64,000 nucleotides of DNA, taken from the NCBI GenBank assembly GCA_951406725.2, contig OX597833.1:52018001-52082000 (forward strand), written 5' to 3'. The first letter of the stretch is position 1, and each line of letters starts with the position of its first letter. Below the pieces are notes generated by a model. That model was not told where the DNA came from, did not search any database, and saw only the letters and a program-made list of their open reading frames with translations. A program made the position numbers and the translations under genes. Below, one piece after another: positions 49,503 to 64,000 of this stretch. The DNA is from Octopus vulgaris (lineage: Eukaryota).

Positions 49503-49898
49503 CAATTGTAATTTGGATTCAGTAATCATGGAGTTGATTTATTGTTGTTGTTGATGTTGACGAGTGATAAACACCCACTTTAGAACTGGCATCAATGAAG
49601 GGCATTTCCAGCCGAGAACATCCTTCTTTACTTCTTTCTAACAAACACAAGTTTCCCCGGAAACAACCTCTCAATTCAATTCATATTTTTCATGAGGTTT
49701 GTAAGGTACGTTGTGGGAAGAGAGACATTTAGTTGCTATTTCTAACCTGTTGAATGACCTGCATAGCAAGAAATTCTGTTGTTGTCTCTTAAGAAAATCG
49801 ATTTCATTTAACTCACACACTTATACACACACACAGACAGACACACACGCGTGCACACATGCACTCATGCATACAAGCACACACAAACACATACACAC

Positions 49899-49935
<37 letters not shown>

Positions 49936-50752
49936 GACGCACAGACATATATGAAAGAAAAATTTAGATTATGTGCGCTAATGGCGTTTAATTTAATGCT
50001 AGATTTAAATAACTTAATTTAAATGATTACAGGAAGTGGACGAACATCACAACGCAACATCTTTTCTTCAGATAACCATTAATATATGGTTTTGTATTTA
50101 ACAATGCTCCTCCTCTGCAATATTTCGGTATTAGTATATGACATCACTCCTGTGTGAAAACGTATGCGAGTGTGTTTGTTCAGCTCTGTCGAGCAGATGA
50201 AAGACAATGTCACAAACTCATGCATGACGTCATAGACTGCTACCGAAAGCTTGCCCCCATTTCTCTCTATACACACACACACACACACACGCATGCATAC
50301 ACACACACACACACACACGCACACACACACACACACACACCACGCGCGCTGGAAAATGATAAACATACACACTTATCATTGTTTAGTCTCAAGTCGAAGC
50401 CAGTCGAGTGAATCTATGATTAAACCTATAGCATTCCGACCATGACCATCATGTCTAGCATATTTACTAGGAATATATATTTGCCATCGGGGTATCCTTT
50501 ACCGTTTCGCTTCTCAAAACAGTAAGATGTGCAATTTTAGGGAGATTTTAGCTGTTATCTCGAAGCTGGTCGATGAGGAGGAAAACTGCATAGAAAATGG
50601 ACCAGTAGACGTTGATTGAAAAAGGCCATTCCTTCGGTATTGGTCTACAGAGTGTGGGTGTCAAGAGACGTCGTTATTCGTCCCCTTTTTCAGCCTTACC
50701 TCTTTATCTATGTCACGAGGGAAGATTGTGTGGGTGAATGACGCCAAATACC
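48884..50752 (+). repeat. local dispersed repeat, 3 copies plus 1 partial
   Basis: TTCGGTATTGGTCTAC...TTTTTCA at 48884-48958, 49053-49157 and 50633-50731; partial at 50121. Confidence 0.8.
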
Positions 50753-51080
50753 AATATTGCCCTCACCACCACAACCACCACCAAAGATAACAAAAATGGA
50801 AAATAGGAAATAAATAGAGATAAGCAGGTTCGATCTCGAGTTGTTCCGCTTGCACTTCGTTTTCACTTGACCAATGTTTGTCCGGGAAAGGAACTCGTCC
50901 TATGATTTGATACGAAGGTGTGCGCGTGCGATTGCGTGCATGACTCTGTGTGGCTATAATAAGCTATATATATATCTAGAGCTCTGTGAGTGCGTGTACG
51001 TGTGTGTGTTTTTGTACGTAGATATGTGTATGTTTTTGCATGTGCGCACGCGCGCGTGTGTGTGTATGTGTGTTTATGCA

Positions 51081-51113
<33 letters not shown>

Positions 51114-51181
51114 ACGCGTGTGTGCATGTGTGCACATTTCATTACGATATATATAATACTGAAACAAGGAAGTGCAGAAAT

Positions 51182-51231
<50 letters not shown>

Positions 51232-51441
51232 TTTATGGAAAGGAAAAGACTACATCTTTATAGACGGAGACATCGAAATGTTATTAACCCTGGATTTTAC
51301 AAAAATGGTAATTGTAGTAGGCGTCTGGTTTTATTTTCTTCTCTTTACTTCTCTTTTCCTCTTTATTTCTCGCATTCACAGACACGATTCGGTATACATA
51401 TGCATAATGCATACACAGACGGATTTGCATGTAATATGCAC

Positions 51442-51476
<35 letters not shown>

Positions 51477-51531
51477 ACTTACGCATACATGTATATGTGT
51501 ATATACGCATAGATATGTATGCAGATATCGG

Positions 51532-51601
<70 letters not shown>

Positions 51602-51678
51602 TGCATGTCTGTATGCATGTATGTATGTATATGTGTATATATATATGTGTGTACAAAATACACACACACACACACAGA

Positions 51679-51718
<40 letters not shown>

Positions 51719-51879
51719 CACACATATATCTGTGTGTGTGTGTGTATTTTGTACAGACATATGCACACACATATATATACATATTCATACATATGTATAT
51801 ACATTCATATATATATTTATGAATATATATATATACACATACATATACATATGTGAATATAGATATATGCATACATATA

Positions 51880-51918
<39 letters not shown>

Positions 51919-52214
51919 GTACATATATATATATATACGTACATATATATGTATATATACACATACATATACATATATATATACGTACATATATATGTAT
52001 ATATACACATACATATACATATATACATACATACATATTATATTATGTATGTGTGTGTATGATTTATTTTCATTACTATGAAAGCCAGCGAAAATATACC
52101 GAATGGGGAAGGCAGGACTCGATCCATATAGAATGTGCCAATAAAGCCTGCCGATTTTCGTTTAAGTCACTACTATCAACAGATAAAAATGTGTGTACGT
52201 CCGTGTGTGCGTGC

Positions 52215-52259
<45 letters not shown>

Positions 52260-52698
52260 TTTGCGTATGTGAAGGTAGATGTGTTTATATAATGAAGTAT
52301 ACACACATATATACTTATGTATGCTCTGTATGCATGTGCATATATTTGTACGTACGAGTGTAAGTACGTACGTTTGTTCTTTTATGTATGGATGGATTAA
52401 TGAATGAATGAATGGACGGATATATAAATTGTTTTAGTAAATCTCTATACACAATCAATAATTGAGTTTCGCTTTCCCTTGTTCGTTATGTGGGACGATT
52501 TAATTGTGGCGTATTGAGGAAGCCTCGGTTTATAGCAGAGAGAGAGAGAATTTGAAACGTGACAGACAGGAAGACAGTCAGAAAAATGAAAGAGTTAGAA
52601 AGAGTGCGATTGATAAAGAGGAGAGAGAGAAGGAGAGACGGGGAGACAGAGAGACAGACAGAAAGAGAATAGCGACGGAAGAAGGAAAACCTTATATA

Positions 52699-52755
<57 letters not shown>

Positions 52756-52982
52756 GATGCGCGACGGAAAAGCTGCATAAAGAAAGAGGTCACAATGGGA
52801 TATACATAGGACGATGTTACACATTGTTGAAACGTAGACGAATAATGTGTGAATAATATATAAGAAAGGGAGAGAGGGAGGGATGGAGGGAGAGAGAGAG
52901 GTAGGGAGAGAGAGAAGGAGAGGACATTGAATGATGTATGAGATAGACAGACAAATGGAATGATAGATAGATAGAGAGAGAG

Positions 52983-53045
<63 letters not shown>

Positions 53046-53152
53046 CAGACAAATGGACTGATAGATAGATAGATAGACAGACAAATGGACTGATAGATAG
53101 ATAGATAGACAGACAAATGGACTGATAAATAGACAGACAGATAGACTGATAA

Positions 53153-53232
<80 letters not shown>

Positions 53233-53454
53233 GTGGGTGGATGGATGGATGGTTGAATGGTTGGAGAAGCAGACAAATGCATACAGATTAAATAATTGGA
53301 TAATGGACAACGGAATAACGTTGGAAATTTTAGGTGTTCACAAATTCACAAGGACAAACACGCGCATACACTAGTTTATATATTTATACACACACATATA
53401 GATATATCTGGAATTATAAATTTATAATATCTGTTTACATCCATTATATATAAA

Positions 53455-53498
<44 letters not shown>

Positions 53499-53607
53499 CG
53501 TGTGCGTGTGTGTACAGATATATATGAATATATATAATACATTATATATATAGGTACATGTCTATACTTGATATAATTATATATAAACATGTGTCAGTAT
53601 ATATATG

Positions 53608-53664
<57 letters not shown>

Positions 53665-53666
<2 letters not shown>

Positions 53667-53820
53667 CGGGAAGCTTTATGAAAATAAACAAAAGACGAAG
53701 GCAGGTGGAAAACAAACGAACAATTGTATTAGTATGGCGCTCAGGAAATATAAATAAAACAAGTCTTTAACGTTTCGAGCCTACGCTCTTCAACAGAAAG
53801 ATACACAGAGAGAGAAAAAC
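53665..53820 (-). mobile_element. family H1 hammerhead-bearing element
   Basis: Motif at 53764-53801; abuts (TA)n at AACGGG. Confidence 0.8.
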
Positions 53821-54629
53821 ACAATACATACATATATACACGCACATACACACACACACACACACTCAGAAAACGCACACACAATACACACACACACACG
53901 CACGTAGATTCTACTCACATTACGATGCCATACATGTATGCATATGTACAAGCATACATACATATATACATTCATATATACGCATACTTACATTCACACA
54001 TATCTTCTGAAATGGGGACCTTTATGCATTTCCCATGGACATAAGCGACGGAAATGAAAACCCTGCACAAATTATTAACAGAACAAAATTAAGTACATCT
54101 ACTATATTATTTTCGTACTGCCCTTTTAGATCCAGGTCTGTTTACAAATCAACAAGTAGATGTTCAAACTCCTCCCAGCCATGGCTACCTCTTCTTGTTT
54201 CATTTCAGTTATTAAGAAAAAAAGTTACCCACTATATGTGGAATATTTTAAAATGTGATAGAGTGAGATTTAGTTGATATTTTTAGCAGTTTGTGTGATC
54301 TCGTCGAGACTTCGTAGATCGCATTGATTTTATCAAACTGTGAATGTATATAAAACAAATACAAATACACACACACATACACACACACGCTTGCACAGTC
54401 CTTCAGACACACATATACACACACTACCACACACACCATACATACTGTGTAATAAAGAAACTATATATAACTTTATATTTCTATCCAAACATTTATTTAC
54501 GCGTTGAAAACCCAAAAACTAAGGAAATTATATCACACATAATATATGTGTATAAGTTCTTGTATGGTATGAGCCGAGGTTCGTTGTTTTCTGTTATCGG
54601 AAAGTGAGCCCTAATCAAGCGGGCGCATC

Positions 54630-54889
54630 TCTTGCTTCAATCATTGGACTATGGCCATGCTGGAGCACCAGCTTGAAGAGTTTTTAATTGAACCGTGTCA
54701 TCCCAGTACGTATTATTTTTTTGTAAAGCCTGTCAGTTATTCTACCTTACCGTACGTTATAGGAATGTAAACAAACTAACACCGGTCATTAAGCGGTGCT
54801 GGGGGAAAATAGTGACACAACGACAACAGACGGGCATATATATATATATACACACACATATACATATATATATATATATACATACACAT

Positions 54890-54948
<59 letters not shown>

Positions 54949-54980
54949 TATGTATATATACAAACATATACATATACACA

Positions 54981-55068
<88 letters not shown>

Positions 55069-55210
55069 GTCATCCTCAGTTTCTGTTCACCAAATCCATT
55101 CTACTAGGTTTTTAGTATGCCCGAGGTTAGGGTTAAGATTCTTGTACAAGGTATCACGCCGTGAGATTGAACCAGGAAGCAATTTTTCTTATCATACAGC
55201 CACACCTGCA
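54630..55210 (-). mobile_element. SINE-A, diverged, expanded microsatellite
   Basis: Homology to other copies. Confidence 0.75.
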
Positions 55211-56006
55211 ATCAAGAGTAAATACAACCGTGGCCATCTCATGAAATTTTATGCATCCAGTTTTAACTACAACGTCCAGCGTGTTTATGTCACTTTTCAA
55301 AATAACATTTGGATATGATTTACGAAGGAGTTCGTTCTTGCTGTGATTATTTTAGTATATATACACATATTTAGTTCCCTAATCGGTGTGTTGAAGGATT
55401 ATGTGACAGTTGTTGTCCTTTTATACAAAACACTCGATTGAAATAATTCGTACATGTATAAAATTTTGTCACAATTTCAATGTCTTACTGTTATATATGA
55501 ATGTACATGTATACAAACATGTACACACTCACACGCACACATATATAGGCATAACTCCTATGCCTATATATATATATGTATGAGAAGAAAATGGATAAAA
55601 TACCAATGGAAAACTCGTTGTTTACGCTGGTATGTCTTTAATTAAATAGGTAACAAAGAAGGAAGAAGGAAGAGATGAGGGTGGCATTCACTGGTTTAGG
55701 CAAATCTCTTTAGAATGCGAATATATATATATAAAAGGTGTTTGTATGATTGTATATAGAGGGATATATATTATTCAAAGGAATTCCAACTCTGTCTGTT
55801 TTTTATGCTTTATTTATATTCATTATAATATCAATGTAGAATATAGAATATATAGTATAAATAATATATATATAGTAAAATGAACTGAAGTATTGATTGT
55901 CTTATTGAATAGATGAAATATTGAATATCAAATATTAAGGGACTAGTATACTTTCTTGCATTAAAGCAGTCTTCAAGGTCCCAGATTGTGACAGGAGTGT
56001 TTCAAC

Positions 56007-56070
<64 letters not shown>

Positions 56071-56365
56071 TGTATGTATGTATGTATGTATGTATGTATG
56101 TATGTATGTATGTATGTTTGTATACACACACATGCGCACATGCTTCTGGCAGGTTATAAAGGTACGTTAATTCCAGGAAAGCTCTCAATCATAGTTCTAG
56201 GCTATGAATACTGTGGGATTTCAGACTAATCCCGAAATTCTTCAAGTGTAGAAAATGTTGGTTTCTCGATGGTAAAACTGTAGTTACATACATACATACA
56301 TACATACACGCACACACACACACACACACACATACATACACACACACATATATACACACACAATT

Positions 56366-56673
56366 ATAATCGACCCCAGGATTTATTTTTAGATCTGTCA
56401 CCTATTTCCTTGCCTCTTTTGGCGAACCCCTGATGTATGGAGACGTAAACACCAAACCGGTTAAACAAGAGGCGGTGGGAGACATGCGAAGACACAAGAC
56501 ATTTTACACATACAACGGGCTTCTTTTAGTTTCCGTATTCCAAATCCACTTAGTAGAAGACATTACCGAAGTTGCCACGCAGTGGGGCTTGACCGGAACC
56601 ACTTGCTAAGTAGGACTGAAACCGGAACTATATGGCTGGGAAGCAAGCTTCGTAACACACAGCCATGCCTGCG
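56366..56673 (-). mobile_element. SINE-A, diverged
   Basis: Homology to other copies. Confidence 0.75.
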
Positions 56674-56787
56674 ATTAGATGATATATATATGTCTATATA
56701 TGTTGCTATATGTACGTACATACAGTACACATATATTCCATTTGCCATATATATGTGTGTATATATATATGTCTGTATGTATGTATG

Positions 56788-56827
<40 letters not shown>

Positions 56828-56862
56828 CATACATATAAATATATACATACATATACATATAT

Positions 56863-56909
<47 letters not shown>

Positions 56910-57031
56910 CATACATACATACATACACACACATATATATATACATACATATATATATACATATATATATGCATACATATATAAAAAGTATTTATTTATA
57001 TATACATATATACGTGTGTGTATGTATATAT

Positions 57032-57064
<33 letters not shown>

Positions 57065-57605
57065 CATACATAAAATCATACACACACACACAAAGATATA
57101 TATATATATATGCATTGAGCTGTATATGTATGAGTTAGTGTGTATGCGTGTGCAATGTGTAAAAGAGACAGAGAGGGAGAAAGAGAGGGAGAAAAAGAGA
57201 GAGAGAGGGAGAAAAAGAGAGAGAGAGGGAGAGAGAAAGAAAGGGAGCGGGAGTGCAATTAAGCGGAAAAAATAGACAGTACGATGATGTAGTTTGGTTA
57301 TAAGATTTAATCAAAGTTGATTTGAAGTGAGTTGTTAATCAAGTTTCGGGTTTCGCGTTTCAACGTACATAGAGCAAAGACTTCCGCATTCATCTAAACT
57401 ACATAAGCACACACATATCGACATAGAAAACACACTTATATACACACACACACACACTCAAGCATACGCACATGCGCTCACGCACTCGCTCGCTCGCGCA
57501 CATAAATTAATGGACACACACAATCACTGTATACAGAAAAAGAATTACAGGGCCTTTATCCAAGTAGCTTCTGTTGCTAGCTTTCTACACGTGAATTATA
57601 TATTA

Positions 57606-57753
57606 TGCGCAAGAGTGGCTGTGTGGTAAGTACCTTGTCTAACAACCACATGGTTCCGGGTTCAGTCCCATTGTGTGATAACTTGGGCAAGTGTCACCTT
57701 GGGCCAGCCAAAGCCTCGTGAATGAAATAGGTAGACAGAAACTGAAAGAAGCC
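57606..57753 (+). mobile_element. SINE-A 5' half
   Basis: GTGGCTGTGTGGTAAG...GGGTTCAGTCCC. Confidence 0.85.
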
Positions 57754-57884
57754 CATATATATATATTTGTATATATATGATATAATATATATACATATAT
57801 TATATCATAAATATGATATGTACATATATTTGATATAACATATATAATATATATATAATATATCATATATATATAATATATCAT

Positions 57885-57932
<48 letters not shown>

Positions 57933-58271
57933 CACATATGTAGAAAAATACAAACTGGGACAAGAACGTAAAACATTTAGAAGACGATACAAAAAACATA
58001 TAAGATATAAAATTTAATATATATATATAATACATATATATTATATATATATATCATATATATAATATAAGATTTTAAAATGTAAGCCGTAGAAACGACA
58101 TAGGATTGTCGCTTACAATAAATGTAAGAAGAATATTGTGTCGACACTGGATTTTAATTGTGCATTCGTCTCTTTCCCTGCCCATCCGTTTCTCTCTTTC
58201 TCCCCACTCTCTCTCACTTTCTACTCCGCCACACACACACAATTATGATAGATACAGAAATTATATATTAC

Positions 58272-58329
<58 letters not shown>

Positions 58330-58376
58330 ACTAATAAACAAGGGCAATAAAAAAATTATTTCAATGCCATATATAC

Positions 58377-58425
<49 letters not shown>

Positions 58426-58458
58426 ACTAATAAACAAGGGCAAAAAAAAATTATTTCA

Positions 58459-58509
<51 letters not shown>

Positions 58510-58541
58510 AGATATATATGTATATCAATAACAGATACATA

Positions 58542-58917
<376 letters not shown>

Positions 58918-59411
58918 TATAAACGTGTATATATATGTGTATATATACAGATATATGTATATAAATACTTATATGTGTGTATATATATACACACTTGCAT
59001 ATATATATGTATGTATATATGCATATATACAATTTAATATATATTGATATATATATTTAAAAATAATAATGATAATAATAACAATAATAATATATACAAA
59101 ACATTCCACACACGCACTTTATACGAACACACACAGTCGCTGACCAAACAAGTATTGATCATATCGATCTCTTATTTATAGATAACCTTGCATTTAAGGT
59201 CATTTGTAGCAGGCGTTTGCGAATCTCTTTTACAATCAGTATTTACAGAATTTCAAATTGGAGGTGTTAGCTAAGGTATTTCATGATAATAACAACGTAT
59301 CTCATGATAACATATTTGATAATTAGAGTAATAAGAACAACAACAACAACAACAATAATAATAATAATGATAATAATAATATCAATAAAAATAATGATAG
59401 TAGTATTAATC

Positions 59412-59625
59412 CGTTCTACTATTGTTACAAGGTCTGAAATTTTGGGGAGGGGTTTATAGTCGATTACTTCGCCCCCAGTGCTCAACTGCTACTTATTTTA
59501 TGAATACCGATTTGATGAAAGGCTAAGTCAGCCACGACATATTTTGAACTCTGAACGCAAGGTGGACGAAATGCTGTTCAGCCATTTTGCCCGGCAAGGT
59601 AACGATTCTGCCAGCTCGCCACCTT
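59412..59625 (-). mobile_element. SINE-B, diverged, alternative tail
   Basis: Head and central domain recognisable. Confidence 0.8.
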
Positions 59626-59787
59626 AATGATAATAATAGTAGTAGTAATAGTAATAGTAGTAATATTATTATTATTATTATTATTATTATAATTATTAAT
59701 AATAATAATAATAATAATAATAGTAATTAATAATGATAATAATGAAAATGATAATAATAATGAGAAGGAGAAGGAGGAGAAGAAGAA

Positions 59788-59836
<49 letters not shown>

Positions 59837-60284
59837 CTTATTAATAATAATAATAATAATAATAGTAATTAATAATGATAATAATGAAAATGATAATAAT
59901 AATAAGGAGAAGGAGAAGGAGGAGAAGAAGAAGAAGAAGAAGACGAACATAAAGAAGAAATAGAACAACAATAATAATAATGATTTCATTTAATAATTAT
60001 AATACATACTATCACATACATACCTGTATACACATACAAACAAACACTACTTGAATGGACCATAAACAAACTTGACTTAAAAAGGATTTAGATAATCCTA
60101 TCAGGTGGTGCTACTAAGTTAGACATGGCCTGGACCAATCTTTGGTCGAAACATATCTAAGTTCTATATATAAAATATATGTATGCATACATGTATATAC
60201 ATACATATATGCATAAGTTTATATACGAGTAAGTTTATATAAATACACTAACACATGCAGACATATATATATACGCACTCACAA

Positions 60285-60342
<58 letters not shown>

Positions 60343-60688
60343 CACATATATATATATATGTATGTATCTGTGTTTATAGCATATATATGAATATAATGTA
60401 TACGCATATATGTATGTAGGCTTCCAAGAGGTTTTTCAATCTAATATTTACAGGGTGTAATTTATGTGTAGCTTGAGATATTCCCCATTCTCCACCATTT
60501 GAGATGAAAAAGGAATTAGTTCAGATTCTCTAAAAAAGTTTTGTAAAATTCTGATGACGTCAACGACATATATATGTAGATATGAAATATATATATGACC
60601 GCATGTATATAAATAATCATGTATGATATCTGAATGTATGTATATGAATGTATATATATATATGTACATGTGCATGTATATGGATGTA

Positions 60689-60728
<40 letters not shown>

Positions 60729-60872
60729 CATTTATATATATGTGTGTGTATATATGTATGTGTATAGATATATATGTATCTATATATATGTTTATATATG
60801 TATCTATATATATGTGTGTGTATATATATATGTGTGTATATATATATGTGTATATATATATGTGTATATATA

Positions 60873-61480
<608 letters not shown>

Positions 61481-62036
61481 TGTATATATATGTAAGGCTA
61501 TACGGTTAAAATTATTGCACTGCGACGGCAAACATTTATCTTGAGTCTCAGAGCGTGGAATCTCGGGAGACTAACTGTTCTTTAAAATTTTTTGTATTAC
61601 TCCCTTTAGAAGTGACCAATTCCATGCGAGTGCGACGGGTTGACATATATGCCAAAGAATAGTTCAAGTACATTGGGGAATATGGATATTGGGCACAAAA
61701 GGAGCTCTACGTGACGTGTATTCACCCTCTTTGATTTCATGCGATAAATACAGTCTATGTGTGAACCTTTCTTGTATTCATTCGACCTGGTAACTGACAT
61801 CACATCATTCTACGATGGCAAAGACAAGCACACTCACTCACTCACATACAAGCACACATATAAACATTTACGAAAACACGTACACATACACGCAGAGGCA
61901 CACGGGCAGGTTAAGAGGGCCACGTGGGGCCACGTGCCCATTGCACACTTATATATATATATAAAACATATATATATATATATATATGTATGTATTCAAG
62001 TCTAGTGGTGTATGCAATATATACATATAAATATGG

Positions 62037-62080
<44 letters not shown>

Positions 62081-62299
62081 TTTATATATATGCTTACATA
62101 TGTCCAAATATACATATACATGTATATGTATGTAAGCACGAGTATATGTACATATATATGTATGTATGTATATGTATGTATGTATATGTATATACATCCA
62201 TGCCTGTCTGTATCGAGTGAGCTAGTTATCAATCTTTTATACACATACATATATACATGCATACATACATGTATATATGTAAACATGCGTATATATATG

Positions 62300-62333
<34 letters not shown>

Positions 62334-62600
62334 CATATATACATATATATATATATATACGAAAAACAATACTCATCCATGTACGAGTATTGTTTTTCGT
62401 ATATTTTCACTTGTTTATTGCTATATATATATATATATATATATAATGTCGGTATACATGTGTATGTATACATGTCTGACTGTCTATCTCTTTATCTTTT
62501 ATATACTATCGATCTTTTATACACATATCTATTTTACATCATATCTACACACATACACACACAGACACACTTACACATACACAAAAAAAATCATGTATAT

Positions 62601-62812
62601 ATAATTGGTGTTGAGAAGTTCTTGGTACTGGGTAAAAAAAATAGGGGAGGATTAGTTAATTGTGAATCTATTCCCCATTCACATTCACACACGTATTGCA
62701 GCGGTAGTTACAGTTTTTCGAAAACCTATAAAAGAACTCGGCAGTTTGGCCATTCAAACAGGCATTTTGCGATCTTCTGGAACCCAGGAAATTTTCAGCA
62801 CCATCTCGCGTA
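62601..62812. mobile_element. mariner-type MITE relic
   Basis: GGTGTTGAGAAGTTCTTGG...CCAGGAAATTTTCAGCACC imperfect TIRs in TA context. Confidence 0.55.
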
Positions 62813-62948
62813 TATGCATACATACGTACATACATATATACATGCATACATACATAGATACATACATACATACGAACATATAGGCATGTATGTATGTACA
62901 CACATACATGCATACGTAATAGAATATATGTATATATACATACACACG

Positions 62949-62986
<38 letters not shown>

Positions 62987-63266
62987 AAATAAAATATATT
63001 ATATGATGCAATATAATATAATATAATATAATATAATATAATATAATATAATATATATATATATGCGTATGTATATGTGTGTGCATGTACATGTGTGTGC
63101 ATATATGTGTATACGTATGAATATATGTAGAAATATATATAGTTATATATAAGATATATATATATATATATATATATATAAGCATGTATATCTATATATA
63201 TGTGTACGTACATATATATATATATATGCATATATATGTATATATATACATATATATATAATATAT

Positions 63267-63321
<55 letters not shown>

Positions 63322-63324
<3 letters not shown>

Positions 63325-63538
63325 TCTGTTGTCTGGGAAGAGTGATTTTCTCTTTGTGCCTTACAATTTAACACACTCACCGGTAAAATTTCCACTTATT
63401 TCTTATTTTTATTTTCCTAAAATTTTCGTTGCCTCTTGCAGCATTTTCAAATAGTCTTGACCGGGTATATGGTGTAGTGGTTAAGAGCGCAGGCAACTAA
63501 CCCCAAGGTTCCGAGTTCGATTTCAGGCAGTGACCTGA

Positions 63539-63593
<55 letters not shown>

Positions 63594-63730
63594 CAACAAC
63601 ATCGAAAAATACCTTAGGAATGAGAACCCAGGTTCGAAATTTCCTGATGAAGGCTGGAGGGTATGTCAGCCGAAACGTTGTATTAACAACAAACAATATG
63701 AGGACAAATATCCGTCAAATCTAAATAATG
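63322..63730 (+). mobile_element. TA-embedded composite element: tRNA-like segment + (AAT)n + hammerhead-like motif
   Basis: A box TGGTGTAGTGG, B box GAGTTCGATTTC (63463-63536); CTGATGA-A-GGCTGG-AGGGTATG-TCAGCC-GAAAC-GTT (63644-63679). Confidence 0.7.
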
Positions 63731-63747
63731 TATATATATATATATAT

Positions 63748-63966
63748 AAGACACCTGCCCAAGGTGCCATGCAATGGGATTGAACCTAGCACATTGTGGT
63801 TGAGAAACAAGCTTCTTACCACACAGCCTGCGCGTCAGATATCTTTTATTTGTTTCTGTCATTTAACTGCGACCCTGGTAGGACACCGCCTTTAGTCGAA
63901 CAAATCAACCCAGGACTTGTTCTTTGTAAGCCTCTTTAGCCGAACCGCTAAGTTACAGAGACGTAA
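63748..63966 (-). mobile_element. SINE-A fragments (head 63748-63833, tail piece 63842-63966)
   Basis: Homology to other copies. Confidence 0.8.
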
Positions 63967-64000
63967 AGAAAGAATATAACATATATTAATATAAAATATA

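Noticed and set aside
50154-50270. Protein-like ORF containing a TGACGTCA CRE palindrome
   Set aside because: No splice donor, runs into (CA)n, and a single 8-mer is uninformative
61513-61535. TATTGCAC miR-92 family seed
   Set aside because: 3' part does not match and there is no precursor hairpin
63463-63536. Functional tRNA gene (also the SINE heads at 11532, 12292, 14634, 28686)
   Set aside because: Acceptor and anticodon stems pair poorly and each is embedded in a repeat element

Overview
AT-rich eukaryotic non-coding or intronic DNA, dominated by microsatellites ((TA)n, (CA)n, (GATA)n, (CATA)n, (TAA)n), with a 100-N assembly gap at 28381-28480. The repeat complement suggests an octopus/coleoid cephalopod genome (inference). 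Nearly all supplied ORFs are microsatellite artefacts and no complete protein-coding gene is present. Supported features: at least four tRNA-derived SINE families, decayed LINE pieces (RTE, CR1/L2-like, and an L1/Tx1-like 3' end inside a (GATA)n array), an internally deleted mariner, several MITEs and a non-autonomous Helitron. Most interesting signal: about a dozen minimal type I hammerhead-ribozyme-like motifs in short elements embedded in (TA)n arrays. Several have inverted or fold-back arms like Penelope pseudo-LTRs, two related subfamilies carry non-canonical cores and a covarying stem I, and one lies downstream of a tRNA-like Pol III head. Two SINE/LINE tail partnerships are also directly visible. 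A few low-confidence minus-strand exon candidates are noted. All calls were made by eye; no searches or folding programs were run.
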